From assembly GCF_009914755.1 (NCBI RefSeq), contig NC_060934.1: a stretch of 64,000 bases of DNA; one strand, written 5' to 3'. The stretch is from the human T2T-CHM13v2.0 reference genome, Homo sapiens. Shown piece after piece: positions 56,965 to 64,000 of the stretch. The position numbers and the translations under genes are program-made. How positions within the stretch are numbered: the first letter of the stretch is position 1; each line of letters opens with the position of its first letter. The notes below the pieces were generated by a model. That model was not told the DNA's origin. It was given only the letters and a program-made list of their open reading frames with translations, and did not search any database.

Positions 56965-58110
56965 TTTTTTTTTTCCTCTTTTTACAACATTGGCCAGAAC
57001 CTCAAACACTGTGCCAAACGGAAACAGTTAGAATGGATGTCTTAGTCCATTTGGGCTGCTATAAAAAATACCCTAAATTGGGTGGCTTATAAACAACAGA
57101 AATTTATTGTTCACAGTTCTGGAGGCTGGGAATTCCAACATCAAGACACTAAAATATTTGGTGTCTAGTGAGGGCATGCTTTCTGCACACAGTCTCACTG
57201 TGTCCTCATACAGTAGAAGGGATGAGGGGGTCTCAGGCCCTAACCCCATTCCTGAGGATTCTGCCCCCATGACCTAATCATCTTCCAAAGGCCGCACCTT
57301 TTAATACCATTATCTTGAAATTTTCAATATATGAATTTGGGGAGGCCTCAGACATTCAGACCATAGCATTGGACATCCTTATTTTGTTTGTAATTTCAAA
57401 GGAAATGGGTCTTATGTTTCTCCATTAAATATTAGGTTTGTGGTAGGTTTTTTTGAATATAACTTTTGCCAAGTTAGGGAAATTTCCTCCTGTTCCTAGT
57501 TTTCTATGCTTTTTTAATCATAAAAGTTGTTGAATTTCATAAAGTACTATTTCTGTATTAATTTTAATTGCCATGTAATTTTTCTTCAGTAGTCTTTTAA
57601 TATGGCAATATTTTTAACAAAAGATTTTATGACAATTTTTCCAATGATGAGTCACTCTTGTATTCCTAGGTGGCATCCTACTTAATTATAATATATTCTT
57701 AACAAAAGATTTGATTCACTTAGCCAAGATTTAGTTTTTCCTTCAATGTTGATATACTAATCAATTGAAGTCTTCTTCTCTTTGTATTTATTGTTCTTAT
57801 CTGATACTTGAGTTATGAATTACATTAGACTCATAAAATGAGCTACACAACTTTCTCTTCCCATCTTACGGAACCACTTATAAAGATTAGCAATTAACTG
57901 TTCCTGAAAATTTAGTAAGATTCATCTATAACCCATCCGGGCTTGGGGATTTGAGGAGGGGAAATCTTTGAATACCACCTTACTTTTCTTAGTAGTTATT
58001 AGTTTGTATAACTTTTCTAATATCTTCATCATTAAGCTTTGCCTCTTAGTCTTCCAAAACTGTTTCTATTGAATTCAGTTTTTCAAGTTCATTAAAATAT
58101 AATTGAATGC
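56965..58110 (-). mobile_element. Old L1M ORF2 fragment split by an MLT1A LTR
   Basis: 'ttggccagaacctc...tggacatcctt...tttctccattaaatat...ttcctagttttct...ctcataaaatgag'. Confidence 0.75.
57038..57368 (-). mobile_element. MLT1A/MSTD-type MaLR solo LTR
   Basis: 'tgtcttagtccatttgggctgctata' to 'acattcagaccatagca'; TSD atgga/ttgga. Confidence 0.9.
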
Positions 58111-58710
58111 ACTGTGAGTGTTCAAGTAACAGGAAAATGCTGATCCTTTTAGCTATGTTCACACATTAATCTGGGCTTACTTGAATAGGCCACTCTTCCT
58201 CTCAGTTGAAACAGAAAATCGTGTTGTTTGATAACATTGTTTCCCTACATCATTCATGTCCCTAGAATTATGTAGGACAAATAACATTTCCAATAGATTG
58301 TGTACCCCACATCCCCCCTTAAAAGTCTATATTGTTTTAATAGAAATTCCCAGAGCCCATGGCTTGCCTGGCTTCTTTCTATGATGAAATGTGGGTGCAT
58401 CCTTGACAGCCTTCATCATAGCCTTAGTACTGCTCATCACCAAGGGCTGCTGCTATGGCTCCCACATTCTTGGGATGCATCCCTCCCCAGTCAGTGCCTA
58501 CTGCATTGCTCAAATAATAATGTTGCTATATTGATTACAATTAAACATGTTATCTCTACTGTGTTACAGTAAATCACAGATTCACCAGAGAGAACAGTTA
58601 CCTAGGACTCCCAGTTAACAGTAATATCTTTCTGGCATACCTCCAGTTTGGGGAATGGCAAGCTGAAACCATAATAACTATTATTCACCGAGCGCCTACA
58701 ATAAGCCTGA

Positions 58711-59085
<375 letters not shown>

Positions 59086-59458
59086 TTGCTTCATTGATGA
59101 AGAAAATATTGATCACATGGGTTAAGTGACTTGCCTGAGGCCACTTAGAGAGTAAGTTAGAGCAGGGATTCAAATTCGGATCCATCCATTTTTTAACTTC
59201 CCACTGAAATCTAGATATTTTTCAATAAAGAATTTTCTAAAGAATAGCCTAAAATCAAATGGTTTCTGCCAAATCAGGTATACCTACAAATTTTTCGGCC
59301 CCCAGTTACCATCTTAAGTCCTGGACAGCTATTAAGTGGCATGCCTATGCTGGCTCCTGCCTATTGAAAGCAGTTGTCTGGAGTCTTGCACTGAGAAGGA
59401 TTGTGCAGCTGAGCTTGGGCTAAATGAGAAATTGCTGAGATTGGATTCTAATGCTGTT

Positions 59459-59505
59459 TGTATTTATCAGAGTTCTCCAGAAAAACAGAGCCATACGGTA
59501 TATGT

Positions 59506-59565
<60 letters not shown>

Positions 59566-59903
59566 AGAGATTAGGAATTGGCTCACACAATCATGGGGGC
59601 TGGCAATTTTCAAAGTAAGCTGGCAGGCTGGAAAAGCTGGCAGGAGTTGATGTTGCAGTCTTGAGTTCCAGGACAGTCTGGAGGCAGAATTCCTTCCTCC
59701 CCATGGGACCTCGGTCATTTCTCTTAATGCCTTCAGCTGATTAGATGAGGCCTACCCAAATGATGAAGGGTAATCTGCTTCTCTCAAAGTCTACTGATTT
59801 AAATGTTTAAAAAATACCTTCACAGCAACTTCTAGACTAGTGTTTGACCAATCAACTGGGCAGCATATCCTAGCCACATTGACACATAAAATTTACCATC
59901 ACA
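59459..59903 (-). mobile_element. MLT2 (MLT2D-like) solo LTR with long internal (TA)n
   Basis: 'ttctccagaaaaacagagcca...gaattggctcacacaatcatgg...ttgacacataaaatttaccatcaca'. Confidence 0.9.
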
Positions 59904-59934
59904 CTATCAAGATCAGGAAGACAATATTCCGTAA

Positions 59935-60107
59935 CAGTGGGTCTCAGACTTCAGCATGAATAGGAAGCCCCTGACGGGCTTGTTAAAGCATGGATTGCTG
60001 GGTCCCAGCCCCAGAGCTTCTGATCCAGTAGAGCAGGGCTGTCCCTGTGAGAGTTTCCTGAGATGCCGATGGTGCTGGCCCAAGGCCACACTTTGAAAAC
60101 GCCCCTG
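59935..60107. mobile_element. MER5A hAT-Charlie MITE
   Basis: 'cagtgggtctca...gggcttgttaaa..a..gattgctgggtccca.ccccagag.ttctgat.cagtag...ccacactttgaaaac'. Confidence 0.85.
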
Positions 60108-62024
60108 AATGGCGTCATTGCTACATTGCTGAAGTGATTACGCTGAAGCATCATGAACAATCATCATACAATATGTTTCTAATCTACAGTTTCTATATAA
60201 TAAAAACAATTTGAAAATTTTCTGAATGTCTAAGTTTTCAACAAGAAAAACTTTACTTTTAACCCAGGAAAATATCCACCCAGTCCTTAGCTTCTCATAA
60301 GATTATAATAAAAAATTGTCTCAGAATATTATAATAAAAAGTTGTAATCACATACCTTCAATCAATATTCCAAAGTAACAGAGACATGTCACTCACAGAA
60401 TTAGGAGTTGGGCCACTTGGGTTGGACAAGGTCAGGTCACAATTCTCAATTTGTACAGCTGATCAGAGCCAGATCTCCTGATTCCTGGTGCGTCTCTCCC
60501 TCAGGCCTCGGTTTCCACGTCCATAAAATGGGATAGTTTGCTTGTGCTCCCTCCAGACCTGATAATTCTTCTACCCAGGGTTCACATATCTTGACTCAGT
60601 TTGAAGCAGAACATTCAGACAGGTAGTACTGTCAGAGAGGAAATGGTCTGCCCTGTAAGGCAGGACTGTGGGTGCGAGAATCTGCGCTGGAGGGCACCAG
60701 GTGGAAATTTCATAGGGAAGATTCAGATTGCAGATTGGACACTTCATTCCTCTCACACTGTGAACTTCTACAGGTCCCTGAATTACAGACCCCATTCCTG
60801 GGACAAAGCTTAAAAGAAAGAAACAAACTTTAAAGAAATATAGGAAGGTGCCTTTGTTACTATAATGATTATGGATATCTGTTGTAAAAATAATACTTAT
60901 TGAGCCCATACATCTCACTTGCAGAAATCCAAAGCTATGTTATTAAAGCTGTTTCAGGGTTTCAGAAGATAAATAAATTGAAGGTCTCTAAACCTTCAGC
61001 AAAACTGTTCCAACTTGGATTAATCTGGAACTGAATGTCACATTGAATCCTGCCAAGGCTTGGCAGGGCCCCAGGTAGGAATGATTTACATTCCATCCAG
61101 AAAAGCGGCTTTGGGTCCTGGAGGAACCAGTGGTTTCAATGCAGCCCTGACCAGGATAGCTGGATGGGAGTGTTCCCCTGGGTGGGCTCAGGTGGCACAA
61201 GGGAGATGAGGGTCACCCAGTTAGAGTGCCAAAGCACTGCTCATCTCTCAGTCACTATGACTGGTAGAAATGCCACCAGTTTGTGCAATGAAACAAGTCT
61301 ACATTTATTCCCTGTGAAGCTGTGATTCCTGGTGTAGCACGCACAATCCAAAGGTCAGAGTTGAGACTCAGTTCTTGCTCTGGGAGTTTGTGGACATGAC
61401 CTTCAACTCGAAGCCAGAAGAACTGAGTTTAAGACCAGACTGTGCCCCCTTAAGAGCTCTGTGATCTGGGCAAGTCAAATCGCCCCTCTGACTCTTCAGT
61501 TCCTCATCAGTAAGTGAGGCTAAATTCCCATGCCTGGTGGACTCCACAGGGGACCCCTCACCAAGAGTTATTAAGGTGCAGCTTCCCCCACTGTTAATAC
61601 CTACAGTTCATGCAAATCAAAGAAGACTTTAGACCCAACTTGAGTGGCTTTTATAGAGTATGTCACAAAGGCAACAATATGGCATAAAGTACTCAGCACC
61701 TTTCCCCACCTGTCAGTGGAAGCCTGGTCCTGAATTGTTTGTGGTGTTGAAGGATGCCAAGGAGGCTCACCCTGTGCTAAGGTGTCACTTCAGGGCACCA
61801 GGAGAGCTATAAGAAGAGGTAGATGGGAAGTGGTCATGAAAGAGGGCCTGCCAGAGCTTTTAGGGGAGGCCAGAAGAGGGACTGTGGCCCATGAAAGGGT
61901 GAGGAGAAGGCCATGCTGACAAGGACAGTGGCGCACATGTGTGAGGATTTTTGGAAATCTTCTGCTGTGTGTCGCACCCCTGATATGCCAGCCCTCCAAA
62001 GACTTAATTAAAGTCTTATGTTAT

Positions 62025-62340
62025 CTTTTTTTTTTCTTTTTTTTTTTGAGACAGAGTCTCACTCTGTCACCCAGGCTGGAATGCAGTGGTGCGATCTCGG
62101 CTCACTGCAAGTTCCGCCTCCCAAGTTCACGCCATTCTCCTGCCTCAGCCTCCTGAGTAGCTGGGACTACAGGTTCCTGCCACCATGCCCGGCTAATTTT
62201 TTTTTTTTTTTTTTGTATTTTTAGTAGAGACAGAGTTTCATCATGTTAGCCAGGATGGTCTCGATCTCCTGACCTCGTTATCCTCCTGCCTCTGCCTCCC
62301 AAAGTGCTGGGATTACAGGCGTGAGCCACTGCGCTCGGCC
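62025..62340 (-). mobile_element. AluY
   Basis: 'tgcaagttccgcc', 'ttcacgccattctcc', 'ttagccaggatggtctcgatctcc'; TSD tcttatgttatctt; long middle A-tract. Confidence 0.95.
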
Positions 62341-62864
62341 AATCTTATGTTATCTTAAAACACTTTTGGAGTAGAAATTACATTTCTCTTCATGCATCAC
62401 AGTGCTAAGACTAGAGCTTAAGGCTGAGGCTGACAGGCCTAGATAACTTTGGGTTGCATATACTTAAATTAAGAGTCAGCACATTTTAGGATGAAGCTTC
62501 AGGTAATGATCATGAAAACAATTCCTAGCATCTCTACAGACTCCATCATTTTCGAAATGCTTTCTCACATTAATGCAATTCCATTCTATGTGTTAAGCAA
62601 AGCATAGGCTTTGCTCCCCTACAGAGCTTGGCATTTAATGCAGAGGCTACTTTTCCTAAGCAGAATAACCAAAAGAATTCCATGTCCAACTACAGCAGGA
62701 TAAGGAAAGCTGTGAGGTATTTTATTAATTAGAAAATGCTGGATCCTCCTGTCTAGCTGAGGTAAGGATGAACTTTGACCTCAGAGCCTGCATATGGTAG
62801 TGTTTATGCAGAGATGTAGTCCCATATAGACAAATAAATATGGTTGTCTTTATACATATATGTG

Positions 62865-62867
<3 letters not shown>

Positions 62868-62905
<38 letters not shown>
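62868..62905. repeat. (CA)n microsatellite
   Basis: Seen directly. Confidence 0.95.
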
Positions 62906-64000
62906 CTCACTTAGCTAGACACAGCCCCATCTTGAGGGCAGAGAGTGGTCTTGTCTTTCCAGTTCACCTCTTCCTTCCAGTATCCAGAGGTGACCAGTAA
63001 GTGTTGGTGGTGGAGAGAATGGTGCTAAGGAGAATGGGCTCATCTGTGTTACTAGACTGTTAGCGGGAAACAGAAGCCATCTGATGACAGGTCACCTATC
63101 TTTGTGACTGGGTGAATGAGTTGGGGTGGGGGCAGCTTTCGAGCTTTCATACAGCTCTAAAGACAAGGCTGGTCCACCTCTAGTCTGAGCTCCATACCAG
63201 GCTCTTGCCAGCACCTTCCTCCCCACTCGCCAGTGAATGAGGTTCTTCTCATTACTCTCCCTTCTCATACGCATGTATTTCTGACGCGTCTATACAACAG
63301 CTCTGGGCCTTGATCCACCCATATCAGCCCAGTTCGTCTACAGGTCACCCTTGTGTTTCTCACTGTGCCTGGCAAGGGCACCACAGCAGGGCTCATGGGT
63401 GTAAAGGCAACATGGTTACCAGGGGAGGGGTGCGTGAGTGTACAGGAAGGAGGACATGGAAGGCACAGGTGGTGGGCCAAGGCCTGACCTGACAGGGGAA
63501 CCAGTGCAAAAGGCGGCCTTGTCCTCCTGGCCAGGACAGTGCCTAGAAGATGCCCACTGTGTGGCCAGTTCTGGTCACTCCCCTTACAGTAAGGGTACCA
63601 TGAAACAAGAGGAAGAGAATCAACGGGCAGAACTAACCCCACACATTGGGCAGACCATGCATGAATTGTGGTAAGTATAAAAACACAATGGCCTCCCAGG
63701 TCTACCAAGCCAAGTCACTGCTACAGTATGGGCCAGCAGAGCAACAACCTACTGGGTCTGGGCACCCACCTCGTCTTTCCAGGCCTGCTGAGGGGGCTGG
63801 TTCCTTTCACTCCCCCTGTATCCCCCACCCTGCTCCAGCAGCACAGTGTCCAAAAGCTCGGTACCTATCAGCTCAGTCCACAACAGTGCACAGTCCGCTT
63901 CTCAGTGGAAAGACTTCTGCCCTAATCGCCCCCTCCAGCAGGGCTGGCAGGTATACGACCATCGGGGTGCTGCCCCTGTCTCCGGTCTCCAGGCTCCAGC

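Overview
This is hominoid, almost certainly human, non-coding genomic DNA (intergenic or deep intronic). It is dense in interspersed repeats: about 14 Alus including a young AluYd8-type copy, old L1M/L2/L3/MIR fragments, MaLR/MLT2/ERV solo LTRs, a near full-length Tigger1, MER44 and MER5A. I recognise no intact protein-coding gene, tRNA, rRNA or CRISPR array; the only ORF I can assign is a decayed Tigger1 transposase piece. The most notable structure is a CpG island at about 50.85-52.35 kb. It has GC boxes, E-boxes and a near-consensus CTCF site, and is built across an old LTR16-like LTR and the 5' UTR of an ancient L1, so it is a candidate repeat-derived promoter or insulator. Other findings are traces of local rearrangement: a templated insertion inside an L1, gene conversion between tandem Alus, a multi-layer transposon nest, a 28-bp perfect palindrome and a 90-bp duplication. 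There are also several speculative exon candidates. Repeat subfamily names come from remembered consensus sequences, and old-repeat boundaries are approximate (tens of bp). I found no convincing evidence of a new multi-gene biological system.
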